A DNA stretch of 64,000 bases from positions 1 to 64,000 of IMG/VR virus record IMGVR_UViG_3300044846_005371; one strand, written 5' to 3'. Below are positions 16,869 through 26,229 of the stretch, piece after piece. A program made the translations under genes and the position numbers. The first letter of the stretch is position 1; every line of letters begins with the position of its first letter. The notes beneath the pieces are model-generated. The model had not been told where the DNA came from. It was given only the letters and a program-made list of their open reading frames with translations, and did not search any database. The DNA is from a virus.

Positions 16869-18797
16869 ATGAAAACTGTTCTTTTTATAACTCCTCACTT
16901 ATCTACTGGAGGATGTCCACAGTATCTACTTAAGAAAATAGAATTACTTGAAACTAACTATCGGATAGCTATTATCGAGTATGCATATGTTGCTCCAGCA
17001 TTCGTAGTCCAACGAAATAAGATCATTGAGAAATGCTCTTCTAATTTTTATAGTTTGGGCGAAGATAAGATGGGCTTACTTGAGATTATAGATACTGTGA
17101 GACCTGACATTGTGCATATTGAGGAAATTCCAGAGTATTTTATGGATAACCGAGTTGCTGATAAAATTTATGTAAGCAATCGAACCTATAAAATATTTGA
17201 GACTTCTCATGATTCTAGCGTGAATATTGATGCAAAGAGATATATTCCAGATGGATTTTTATTGGTTAGTCAATACCAAATTGAGCAATTTAAAGTATTG
17301 GGAGTTCCATGTAGATTAATCGAATATCCAATAGAATATAAAGAAACTAGAGATAGGGAGACTGCGTGTCAAATGTTAGGAATGGATCCTAACTTAAAAC
17401 ATGTGATAAACGTTGGGTTATTTACGTCTAGAAAAAACCAAGCAGAGATAGTTGAATATGCAAAGCGACTCAAAGGCTATCCTATTCAATTTCATTTTAT
17501 CGGAAATCAAGCAGATAACTTTAGATACTATTGGGAACCAATCATGCAAGATTTTCCTGAAAATTGTAGATGGTGGGGAGAAAGATCAGATGTTGATACT
17601 TTCTATCAAGCTGCTGATTTATTTCTGTTTACCTCCAGAGGACATGCAAACGATAAGGAGACCATGCCTTTAGTAATACGTGAGGCAATTAGTTGGAATC
17701 TCCCTATGCTCATCTATGACCTTTCTGTGTATTTAAGCTATTTTGATAAGTTTGATAATATTGACTATTTGAACTTCGAGGACCTCAATGAAAATAGAGA
17801 AATGATATTGAATAAATTAAGACTATCAAATAATTTGGATTCATGTATAATAATTTCAGCATATCCTACTACTCACGACTCAATTGAACTCACTAAAAAA
17901 TCAATACTTGCTGCAAAATCAACAGGGTATCCGGTAATACTTGCAACTCACTGTGATGTCCCTAAAGAGCTTTCGAGTATTTGCGACGAAGTCGTAATAG
18001 ATAAGAACAATATACTGACCTACCATGATTACTATTGTAATTATTGGAATGAGACTCATGAGTTTAAAGTAAAAATAAACTTAAGGGAAAATGGAAATCA
18101 TATATACCATGGACCAGCTGTTTATACAAATTATTTTAATGGAGTAAAGACAGCAAATCGCTTAAACTATTCTAAATGTATCTTAACTAATTTTGATTTT
18201 ATCTTATCTAATGAATCAGTTGATTTAATGTTTTCAAAATTAGGTAGTTCGAATGGAGTATTTCACCATGAAGTAAAACAAGAAGGCGAATGCCTCACAA
18301 CTGCATTTTGCGCAGTATCTTCAAAATTCTTTTTGGATGTTTTTCCTGAAATCAACAGTGAAGCTAATTATACTGATTGGAAAATACGAGTAAATTCTGA
18401 ATCGAATGGATTGGAAAATATGTTTTTTCATACTCTTTCAAATACTGAAATAATTAAGATATCTGATCAAGAATATAAAAATTTACTAGATACTTCGAAT
18501 TATGATATATGTTCCCAAGTAGAGTATTTTACTTTCTTAGAAGTAGAAAATGAAAATGATTCTTTTGCAATATGGTACAACACATCTGATCCAATAATCA
18601 ATTCAAAGATTAGAATAGTTGTTTTATACGATTCAAAAGTTTCAGTCTTTGATGTTGACTCTAATTATTTTTATAAGATCTTTGAAAAGTCAGATAAGCC
18701 GATTGCTGCTTTTTTAATAAAGGACACTGTTCAAGTTAGACATATAACTTCAAGGTCCCCTAATTTCTTAAATAACGGATCAATTTTACTTAAATGA
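16869..18797 (+). CDS. Glycosyltransferase: N-terminal GT-B (GT4-like) domain fused to an unassigned C-terminal domain, 642 aa
   Basis: TPHLSTGGCPQY; VINVGLFTSRKNQ; YQAADLFLFTS...ETMPLVIREAISWNLP (GT4 E-x7-E motif). Confidence 0.8.
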   Translation: MKTVLFITPHLSTGGCPQYLLKKIELLETNYRIAIIEYAYVAPAFVVQRNKIIEKCSSNFYSLGEDKMGLLEIIDTVRPDIVHIEEIPEYFMDNRVADKIYVSNRTYKIFETSHDSSVNIDAKRYIPDGFLLVSQYQIEQFKVLGVPCRLIEYPIEYKETRDRETACQMLGMDPNLKHVINVGLFTSRKNQAEIVEYAKRLKGYPIQFHFIGNQADNFRYYWEPIMQDFPENCRWWGERSDVDTFYQAADLFLFTSRGHANDKETMPLVIREAISWNLPMLIYDLSVYLSYFDKFDNIDYLNFEDLNENREMILNKLRLSNNLDSCIIISAYPTTHDSIELTKKSILAAKSTGYPVILATHCDVPKELSSICDEVVIDKNNILTYHDYYCNYWNETHEFKVKINLRENGNHIYHGPAVYTNYFNGVKTANRLNYSKCILTNFDFILSNESVDLMFSKLGSSNGVFHHEVKQEGECLTTAFCAVSSKFFLDVFPEINSEANYTDWKIRVNSESNGLENMFFHTLSNTEIIKISDQEYKNLLDTSNYDICSQVEYFTFLEVENENDSFAIWYNTSDPIINSKIRIVVLYDSKVSVFDVDSNYFYKIFEKSDKPIAAFLIKDTVQVRHITSRSPNFLNNGSILLK

Positions 18798-19561
18798 TAT
18801 TTACGCATTGTGGATTATTAGGAGACTTTATGTTATCATGGCCGATTGCATCATGGTACTATAAAAAGACTGGTGATAAAATTCATTTCGTTTTACCAGA
18901 TATTCCGTGTTTTTCTCAAGTAGATGAAGTGTTATCTGTTCAACCATTTACTGAAAAGATAACTAAAGTCCAATTTAAAGTTGATAATTTTTCAAGAGGA
19001 GGTCAGCCATACAATCTAAATCCAGCAGATTTTGGAATATTAGGAGAATACTTTAATCTTGGCTTCTGGTCTCATCCGGATAAGTATTGTGCAGAGTTCT
19101 TCGCGGAAGAACATGGACTGGACGTAGATTATGATTACGTTCTATTTGTAGAAGATGACGAATCTATTCAGAAGCATAGTAAAATTATTGCTACTCCGAT
19201 ATCTGATGCATATTCTGAAAATGATATTGAATTAACTAAGAGACAATGGGGAAAGTACATGTTAGATAACTTTTGCCCAAGAGATGCTTTTAAACTTGAT
19301 TTAAGTAAATCTCTTTATTATAACTTAAAGCTATGCAAGAAAGCAGATCATGTGTATTCATCAGATGGCGGAATAAGCATTGCGTTAGATTTTATGAGAG
19401 TTAAACAGACTGTTTACTATAAAGAAAGAGAAACTGTCCCTGGAAAATTATATGCATTTGGAGAGTGGTTTGAAGACCTTTATTATCTTCCAAATAATCC
19501 AAATAGACACTTTATTCCGATTCGTATGAATATACTACCATACGCTGCAAAAAACTGGTAA
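18794..19561 (+). CDS. GT9-like (heptosyltransferase-fold) glycosyltransferase, 255 aa
   Basis: GLLGDFMLSWP resembles the GT9 LGD..P motif; ADHVYSSDGGISIAL resembles the D-S-G motif. The 4-nt overlap with the previous gene suggests translational coupling. Confidence 0.5.
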   Translation: MIFTHCGLLGDFMLSWPIASWYYKKTGDKIHFVLPDIPCFSQVDEVLSVQPFTEKITKVQFKVDNFSRGGQPYNLNPADFGILGEYFNLGFWSHPDKYCAEFFAEEHGLDVDYDYVLFVEDDESIQKHSKIIATPISDAYSENDIELTKRQWGKYMLDNFCPRDAFKLDLSKSLYYNLKLCKKADHVYSSDGGISIALDFMRVKQTVYYKERETVPGKLYAFGEWFEDLYYLPNNPNRHFIPIRMNILPYAAKNW

Positions 19562-19562
19562 A

Positions 19563-22259
19563 ATGAAGATATGTAATGTTACTCCTGGTCTATTGCCGAT
19601 TCCTCCTAATGGATGGGGAGCAGTTGAAAAAATTATTTGGGAAACTCATCTGTGCTTGATTGAAATGGGGCATACTTCCAAGATATGCTATTTAGATGAG
19701 GTAGACGGAACTGATGATATTGTGCATATCCATGTAGCAAATCTTGCAAATATTGCACACGAGAGAGGAATAAAATATGTCTTTACTTTACACGACCATC
19801 ATGCATACTTATATGGAAAAGAATCTCAAACGTATTTAGAGAATAAAAGAGCAATCGATAATGCAGAAATTGCATTTGTTCCAGCTAAATTCTTATTGGA
19901 TTATTTTGAGAATCCAAAAAATCTTTTTTACTTTTCTCATGGTGTAAATACTTTAAGCTTTAAAGAATCTTCATTTTCGGGATCTCACAGTTTACTTTGT
20001 GTAGCAAATAATGGATTTATACATGATCAATCGGAAGATCGCAAAGGATTCACATATGCAATAGAAGCAGCAAAGCTTTTGAATTTACCTATAACTATTG
20101 TTGGGCCTGAAAATAATAGAAATTTTTTCTCTAAATTTCCTCAAGATTATGATAAACTTACAATAAAGTATAATTTAAGTGAGGATGAGCTAATTGAAGA
20201 GTATTCAAAGCATACTATATTTGTTCATCCTTCTATTTTGGAAGCGGGCCATCCTAATTTAACTTTACTTGAAGCAATCGCTAGTTGCTTACCGGTTGTT
20301 GCAACATTTGAAGAAGATAACTTTTTAAGCGGACTTATTAGAATAGAAAGATCAGTTGAATCAGTGCATGCTGGTATTCAAGAAGCTATTCTCAATTATG
20401 ATAGATATAAAATCTTTTGTAAAACATCTTCAAATAAACTAAATTGGAAAAATAGAGTAAAAGAACTGTTACTTTACTATAAAAAAATAAAAGATATGAA
20501 AGAAGAATTAATTAATGCTTATGAAAATATTCCTAAGCTCAGTATTGAATCTAGAAAAGCTCATCCTAAGTTTAATTATAACTTCGTTAATGGCGCTTTT
20601 TTTGAAATTTTAGGCAACGGCTCAACTCAATATAAAGTTGAATTTATTGATCAAAAAAACAATTTAGTAGTTTACTCAACTACAATGAATGGTAATTGCT
20701 GGGCAAAGTGTAATAGGGAATATTTGACAGATTGGTTGATTCGAGCAGATGACGGAGAAGATCAATATGAATATTATTTTGATTTACGAGAAAAAAGAAT
20801 TTTATTAAGTTTTGAGAGTAAGTCAATCGGTGATACATTTGCATGGATTCCAATAGCTAGACAGTTTAAGGAAAAATATGACTGCGAAGTTATTGTTTCA
20901 ACTTTTCACAATAGTCTATTTGAAAAAGCTTATCCTGAATTACAGTTTGTTTCTCCGGGCAAAGCAGTAAATGATTTATTTGGAAGTTATACTATTGGAT
21001 ATTGGTATTCAGATACTGGTCCAGACTTATCGAAACATCCAAAAAATCCTTTCACTAGACCTCTACAGGCAGCAGCGTCAGATATTTTAGGAATAGACTA
21101 TGTTGAAGAGCGACCTAGACTTTATCTTTCTCCTGAATTAACTAAGGAGATTGAAGGTGATTATATTTGCATTGCACCACATTCAACTGCGCAGGCAAAA
21201 TATTGGAATTTTCCAGGAGGATGGCAGCAAGTCATCGATTATTATAATTCATGCGGATATAAAGTAGTATATGTATCTCAAGAAGATCCAGATAGTTCAT
21301 GGACACATCAAAATATTGGTGAACTAAGAAATATAGTAAAGAGAAACGGATTGCCTCTTGAAAGAGTTTTAGCAGATATTAAGTACGCTAAAGCTTTTAT
21401 TGGGTTAGGCAGCGGACTTTCTTGGGCAGCATGGGCATGCGAAACGCCAGTTACTCTAATTTCTGGATTCTCAGATCCTATTTCAGAATTTAGTGAATGT
21501 CAACGAGTGATTAATACTAGAGTATGCAATAGCTGCTGGAATAGAACATTATTTGATAGAGGAGATTGGCAGTGGTGTCCAGACCATAAAGGAACTTATC
21601 GTCAATTTGAATGCACAAAGGCTATATCTCCACACGAGATAATACATGCAACTGACCTTAATTTACATAAGGATACTAATAAAATAGTAGCATCATCTGA
21701 AATAGATGAGAGAGGATATTGGGATCCAGTATTTGCTGAAAAGAATCACGTGCATAGTGAATTAGTTAGCGATTGGATATGTGCTTTTTTAAGCGAGTCT
21801 AAAGATATTCCTGTCATAGATTTTGGATGCGGCATGGGAACATATCTTAATGAATTATACTTACGTGGACATAAATATGCGTTGGGCATAGAAGCAATTC
21901 CTCCTAAGAATGATTATGAGTTTGAGATAAAATCATTTGACTTAACTAAAAATATTGATCTTGGAATATCTGGAAATGTTATAAGCTTAGAAGTAGGGGA
22001 GCATATTCCTGCTAAATTCATGGACGCATATTTAGATAATATCACGAAGCACTGTACGAAATACCTTATCTTATCATGGGCACTTAGAGGACAGGGCGGA
22101 CATGGTCATTTCAATGAATTAAATAATGATGAAGTCATTCCGCATATTGTTAAAAGAGGATTTGAATATTTAGAAAAAGAATCATTTGATGCAAGAAAAA
22201 ATGTGGAAGATCCTTTTTTCTATTTTAGAAATTCAATAATGATTTTTAAAAGGATATAA
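19563..22259 (+). CDS. Three-part fusion: GT4 domain + AAH/TibC-type autotransporter O-heptosyltransferase domain + class I SAM methyltransferase, 898 aa
   Basis: GT4: GGWGAVEK-like PNGWGAVEK, EAGHPNLTLLEA. TibC-like: SIGDTFAW.P, ICIAPHSTAQAKYW, LISGFS, VCNSCWN...WCP...QFECTKAI. MTase: VIDFGCGMG, EVGEH. Confidence 0.85.
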   Translation: MKICNVTPGLLPIPPNGWGAVEKIIWETHLCLIEMGHTSKICYLDEVDGTDDIVHIHVANLANIAHERGIKYVFTLHDHHAYLYGKESQTYLENKRAIDNAEIAFVPAKFLLDYFENPKNLFYFSHGVNTLSFKESSFSGSHSLLCVANNGFIHDQSEDRKGFTYAIEAAKLLNLPITIVGPENNRNFFSKFPQDYDKLTIKYNLSEDELIEEYSKHTIFVHPSILEAGHPNLTLLEAIASCLPVVATFEEDNFLSGLIRIERSVESVHAGIQEAILNYDRYKIFCKTSSNKLNWKNRVKELLLYYKKIKDMKEELINAYENIPKLSIESRKAHPKFNYNFVNGAFFEILGNGSTQYKVEFIDQKNNLVVYSTTMNGNCWAKCNREYLTDWLIRADDGEDQYEYYFDLREKRILLSFESKSIGDTFAWIPIARQFKEKYDCEVIVSTFHNSLFEKAYPELQFVSPGKAVNDLFGSYTIGYWYSDTGPDLSKHPKNPFTRPLQAAASDILGIDYVEERPRLYLSPELTKEIEGDYICIAPHSTAQAKYWNFPGGWQQVIDYYNSCGYKVVYVSQEDPDSSWTHQNIGELRNIVKRNGLPLERVLADIKYAKAFIGLGSGLSWAAWACETPVTLISGFSDPISEFSECQRVINTRVCNSCWNRTLFDRGDWQWCPDHKGTYRQFECTKAISPHEIIHATDLNLHKDTNKIVASSEIDERGYWDPVFAEKNHVHSELVSDWICAFLSESKDIPVIDFGCGMGTYLNELYLRGHKYALGIEAIPPKNDYEFEIKSFDLTKNIDLGISGNVISLEVGEHIPAKFMDAYLDNITKHCTKYLILSWALRGQGGHGHFNELNNDEVIPHIVKRGFEYLEKESFDARKNVEDPFFYFRNSIMIFKRI

Positions 22260-22275
22260 CTATTTAACGTACAAT

Positions 22276-22305
22276 AAAAAAGCCGGAATTGCTCCGGCTT
22301 TTTTT
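22276..22305. terminator. Bidirectional Rho-independent terminator
   Basis: AAAAAAGCCGGA-ATTGC-TCCGGCTTTTTTT between convergent genes. Confidence 0.9.
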
Positions 22306-22325
22306 ATTTTTTGCGATAACTACTT

Positions 22326-22625
22326 TTATTCAAATTCGTCTAATGAAATTTCATCTTCTGAATCGAGTATAGCAATAATTTCGTTAGCCATTACGATATA
22401 ATGCTTTTCGCCTTTATACATAATGTCTACTCCAGAATATCTATTGCATATGACTAGATCGCCGGGAGAAACTTTCATAGGATTCACATGATTTCCTTCT
22501 CCACAAGCAACAACGGTTCCAACATTAGGTCGTTTGACTGCTTTGTCTGGAAGCATTATTCCTTTAGCTGTGGTCGTTTCCTTGTTTCTAGGTTTGATTA
22601 GGACTCTTTCGTAAAGTGGTCTCAT
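22326..22625 (-). CDS. groES: Co-chaperonin GroES (Cpn10)
   Basis: MRPLYERVLIK..ETTTAKGIMLPD...GTVVACGEG...VSPGDLV...YSG...E.IAIL. Confidence 0.95.
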   Translation of the reverse strand: MRPLYERVLIKPRNKETTTAKGIMLPDKAVKRPNVGTVVACGEGNHVNPMKVSPGDLVICNRYSGVDIMYKGEKHYIVMANEIIAILDSEDEISLDEFE

Positions 22626-23755
22626 ATTAAATGTGGATTATTTTTAATTTGTGTAAATTCTCTAAGATTGAATTTTCTTATCTCTTTTGATAAGTAAGCT
22701 GCTTCTATTTCCTTAACGATGTGATCTGGGATAAAATTAGAGTGAAGTCGTATTATCTTAATATTGAATAATAGATGCTCTTTAATGTCCTCTAACTCAT
22801 TCTCCTTTGCTTTAGTAACTTCAGCTATTTTACTTACACAAAATGATACGAACTCTTCATTTAACTCGTCTAATTTAGCTAATGTCTCACCTCCAAACTT
22901 TTCGAATATTTGAGAAATGGTGATCTCTACTTTTTTAGGAGTCATCTTTGAAATTTTTACAATTTCATCTGATTTATCTCCACCAAAAATCTTAGTAAGA
23001 ACTTCCTCAGTTGGCTCAACTTTAAATTCTTTGTACTCTTTTCCCTTAAGTGCAGATACTAGTTTTTCAATAGTTGACCCAAGTACATCAGATTCGCTTA
23101 ATGAAAAGAAATCATCAAGTGGACTAACTTCTTCACGTGCTCTTAATTCAATTGGAACAAAAAGCTTTTTAGTCTTTGACATTTGCTTAGGTACCATTAG
23201 GAGTACGTTTTTATTGGGATCAGCAATTAATTGCTTTAGATCATGATCCACTGAATAGATCAATACATCATCCTCAAATTTAGAGCATAAATATGCTATA
23301 ATATCGTCGCCTTCCGCTTGATTTACACGATATTGAACAACTCCACAATCCTCTAATTTTGGAAGTATTTCCTTTTGAAAGTACTCAAAGAAGAGATGAT
23401 GTTGCTGTTCATGTAACCTAGAGCCTTTATACTCGAATTTTTTGGGAGAAGAATCTGAAGTATGCTGGCGATTTTCAAAAAAATCAGCAATATACTCTTT
23501 TCGCCAGCTCTTTGAATCAAATACTATATGCAAACCGTCGAGCTGATGCCCGACGGGTGCAATTAGTGAATTTAAGTAAGTTAAGCAAAACTTCTTGAAG
23601 GATAACTTTACATGTTCTTTCAGCATGTACTGATCTTCTTTGAAAAGATCATTTACCCAGTACTTATCACCTGTTCTCTTATCGGATGATGTTACTGATT
23701 TAGTAACGCTGATTGCAACATTAACGAATGCATTTCCATCAATTAGTAGAATCAT
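22622..23755 (-). CDS. rnh: T4 RNase H-like 5'-3' nuclease (FEN/PIN fold)
   Basis: LLIDGN, VFDSKSWRK, YKGSR, EGDDII, SVDHDLKQL, GGDKSD. Confidence 0.85.
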   Translation of the reverse strand: MILLIDGNAFVNVAISVTKSVTSSDKRTGDKYWVNDLFKEDQYMLKEHVKLSFKKFCLTYLNSLIAPVGHQLDGLHIVFDSKSWRKEYIADFFENRQHTSDSSPKKFEYKGSRLHEQQHHLFFEYFQKEILPKLEDCGVVQYRVNQAEGDDIIAYLCSKFEDDVLIYSVDHDLKQLIADPNKNVLLMVPKQMSKTKKLFVPIELRAREEVSPLDDFFSLSESDVLGSTIEKLVSALKGKEYKEFKVEPTEEVLTKIFGGDKSDEIVKISKMTPKKVEITISQIFEKFGGETLAKLDELNEEFVSFCVSKIAEVTKAKENELEDIKEHLLFNIKIIRLHSNFIPDHIVKEIEAAYLSKEIRKFNLREFTQIKNNPHLI

Positions 23756-24041
23756 TATTATCTTGATTTTGCTCTTCTTCTTTTACTTTTTTCTTTAACT
23801 TTCGAATGGCTGTCGCAATTAGCTCAGATTCGTTGAGTGAATATGCTCCACGAGACTGTGCGTATTTTGAAGCAGCAACTAGAACAAAAACTGCTTGATT
23901 TACGTCCATTTTTTCTAGGAATGCATCGTAAGCATCGTCTGTTTCGTATGAGATTGCTCCTAACAAAACATTTTGATTTTTAGGTTGTTCTGAACCAGTT
24001 TCTTCCTTTTCAACAACTGTGTTTTCTTGATTTTCTTGCAT
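23739..24041 (-). CDS. Hypothetical protein, 100 aa
   Basis: ORF fills the gap in a co-oriented run; no motif recognised. Confidence 0.6.
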   Translation of the reverse strand: MQENQENTVVEKEETGSEQPKNQNVLLGAISYETDDAYDAFLEKMDVNQAVFVLVAASKYAQSRGAYSLNESELIATAIRKLKKKVKEEEQNQDNNDSTN

Positions 24042-24056
24042 TTTGCTTTTATTTTT

Positions 24057-25085
24057 TTATAGATCTTTGAATAAGTCATCATACTCGTCCGATGATGCGC
24101 TTTCTTCTACTTTTGCAGATTTTGTAGACTTAGTTGGAGCAGATGGAGTTGTGCCAAAATCCAAATCATCATCTAATGCAGGCTTAGCACTTGCCTTTGA
24201 ACTTGTTCCAGTTGAACGATTCATTTTTTGTTTAATCAATTCGTTCATCTTAGAATCTTTGCTCTTTTCCAAGATCATATTTAACACATGATGATTGCCA
24301 ACTGCACCAACTATTGCTTCTGCAACTTTTGGATAAGTATCTTCTTCCCAAGCTTGATGGTAATAGTCATCCATCTTTGGAGAATACTTATTTAAGTACT
24401 CATTTACGAGTTTTGCAGATTTTTCATCGTTCTCAACTTTTACCATCTTTTCTCCAACTTGAAAAACGAATGGTGTAACTTCATCCATGAATTTACACTT
24501 GGACCAATCTCTAAATTCTTTGGTTTTCTTTCCAACTACGCATAAGAAATCTTTACCTACCAATAGGTGATATGGATTGATTTTCTTTACACCGTCAATT
24601 AGAGTGTCTTCATCTGGATTCAATTGCTGATCAATCAAAGAGTCGACTTGATTTCTAAACTTGAAAACCTTTACTGTGTTTTCTAATTCAGGTCGCTGTG
24701 GATCTTTCTTGATATACACCAATGAATGATGAGTATACCATCTTGAAAAGTTGTTTGAGATCTCTCTATGAAGATCGGGTTCGTCGTTCTTAATTGATCT
24801 AAGAACTGACTCAATTGTCCACAAGATTGATGGCTCTCCAACATTTGAAGGACAGTCAACTATGACTGATTCTTTAGTTAGAGGATTCCACAATTTTGCA
24901 GAGTACTTTGTGTACTTGCTCTTAGTCTTATCAAAGACATAAGGGATAAAACGGAAAACCGATTTATAGGATCCGTTGAATGCGTTTGGATCTGGATCAT
25001 AAATATTAGGATCCACTTTCTTTTCGCGAGATGCAGCTTTTCCCTTTGAAAAGGCATCATCTGGTAGGTCAAAAAAATCTGTCAT
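24057..25085 (-). CDS. gp32: T4 gp32-like single-stranded DNA-binding protein
   Basis: SVFRFIP, YIKKDPQRPELENTVKVFKF, NPYHLLVGKDF, DWSKCKF and an acidic tail YDDLFKDL. Confidence 0.85.
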   Translation of the reverse strand: MTDFFDLPDDAFSKGKAASREKKVDPNIYDPDPNAFNGSYKSVFRFIPYVFDKTKSKYTKYSAKLWNPLTKESVIVDCPSNVGEPSILWTIESVLRSIKNDEPDLHREISNNFSRWYTHHSLVYIKKDPQRPELENTVKVFKFRNQVDSLIDQQLNPDEDTLIDGVKKINPYHLLVGKDFLCVVGKKTKEFRDWSKCKFMDEVTPFVFQVGEKMVKVENDEKSAKLVNEYLNKYSPKMDDYYHQAWEEDTYPKVAEAIVGAVGNHHVLNMILEKSKDSKMNELIKQKMNRSTGTSSKASAKPALDDDLDFGTTPSAPTKSTKSAKVEESASSDEYDDLFKDL

Positions 25086-25142
25086 TTTGAAATGTATTTA
25101 GTCTATTTTACTAAAATATTTGAGATAGTTTCAATATTAGAT

Positions 25143-25168
25143 AAAAAATGCCTCAAAAGAGGCATTTT
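25143..25168 (-). terminator. Rho-independent terminator downstream of the histone H1-like gene
   Basis: Minus strand: AAAATGCCTC-TTTT-GAGGCATTTTTT. Confidence 0.8.
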
Positions 25169-25190
25169 AAATGTTTGTATGTAAAGTAAA

Positions 25191-25466
25191 TTAAGCTTTT
25201 TGAGCTTTGGTTTCTTCAACTAGTGCTTGACGAAGATCTTTTGCTTGATTTTGAATGTTAGCCATCTTCGACTTTACTTCAGGATGCTTGATAGCTTTGC
25301 GAACTTCTTGCATTCTTTTCTTAAGACGATTTCCTGCGCTTCTTACTCCTTTTGCGTAGTATTTTGCAGCATCATCTTCTGCTTCATTGATAATTGCGTC
25401 AATTGGACCAAAGATAGCTGCTTTTGCTGCTTCGATCTCATTCTTTAAACTTTCGAATTGATTCAT
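25191..25466 (-). CDS. Hc1/'histone H1'-like small basic nucleoid protein
   Basis: EDDAAKYYAKGVRSAGNRLKKRMQEV matches, from recall, the Bacteroidota E.DF.KFY.KGN.AAG.R.RK.MQ pattern. Confidence 0.65.
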   Translation of the reverse strand: MNQFESLKNEIEAAKAAIFGPIDAIINEAEDDAAKYYAKGVRSAGNRLKKRMQEVRKAIKHPEVKSKMANIQNQAKDLRQALVEETKAQKA

Positions 25467-25509
25467 TTGTATAATTTTTGAATATTTTACTCAAAAAATA
25501 TACTAAGTT

Positions 25510-26229
25510 TTACGAATTACTTATAATTTTTTCTACTTTTTTTGAAAAAAGTGCATCTGGATAATGAGAAAGTGCAAAATCCATCCATTTTGCCATCACT
25601 TTTGAGTATTCATCAGTAGTAATATATCCATCTTTAATGAAAGGCATTAAGTATTCTGAAAAAAGATGATCTAAGGGAACATTTCCTTCCTTTGACCTAT
25701 TGTACATACCGATTACCATTGATTCAATCTCCTCAGGCAATAAAAAGTATTTGTAATTCTTCTTGGCAGATTCTCTATCTTTTTTTGAGCTAGCAGTATT
25801 TAGAAAAGCTTCTCTACCAGGTCCAATTTGTTCAGTATGGTGAATTTCATGAGCAACAGTATCTAGTAACTTTGAAAATATTTGAGAGTACACGGCATTA
25901 TCACTCTTTGGATCGATGACAAAGTGAAAAACGATTTTAGGATCAATTTTATTATCTTTTGCAAAAAAAGTATTTGCATCTATTACAAAACGATTTTTTG
26001 CAAAATTTAATTTTTCCCAAGCAAGATTTTTAAAATGGTTATCTTTTTCTGGAATCAGCACTCTTGTAAATCTAGCAAAGACCTCTACATAGAATGAGTT
26101 TGGCTCAGAATATTTTAAAAGATTTGACTTTAGATAAGTATCTGAAGACGTACTATTTTCTTCTAATTCAGTGAGAGTTTCGATAATATCTAATGCAATC
26201 TTCTTAATTATACTAGGATCTATCGTCAT
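25510..26229 (-). CDS. Hypothetical protein with HExxH (possible Zn metallopeptidase)
   Basis: VAHEIHHTEQ (25837-25851) with a downstream PEEIES. Confidence 0.45.
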   Translation of the reverse strand: MTIDPSIIKKIALDIIETLTELEENSTSSDTYLKSNLLKYSEPNSFYVEVFARFTRVLIPEKDNHFKNLAWEKLNFAKNRFVIDANTFFAKDNKIDPKIVFHFVIDPKSDNAVYSQIFSKLLDTVAHEIHHTEQIGPGREAFLNTASSKKDRESAKKNYKYFLLPEEIESMVIGMYNRSKEGNVPLDHLFSEYLMPFIKDGYITTDEYSKVMAKWMDFALSHYPDALFSKKVEKIISNS

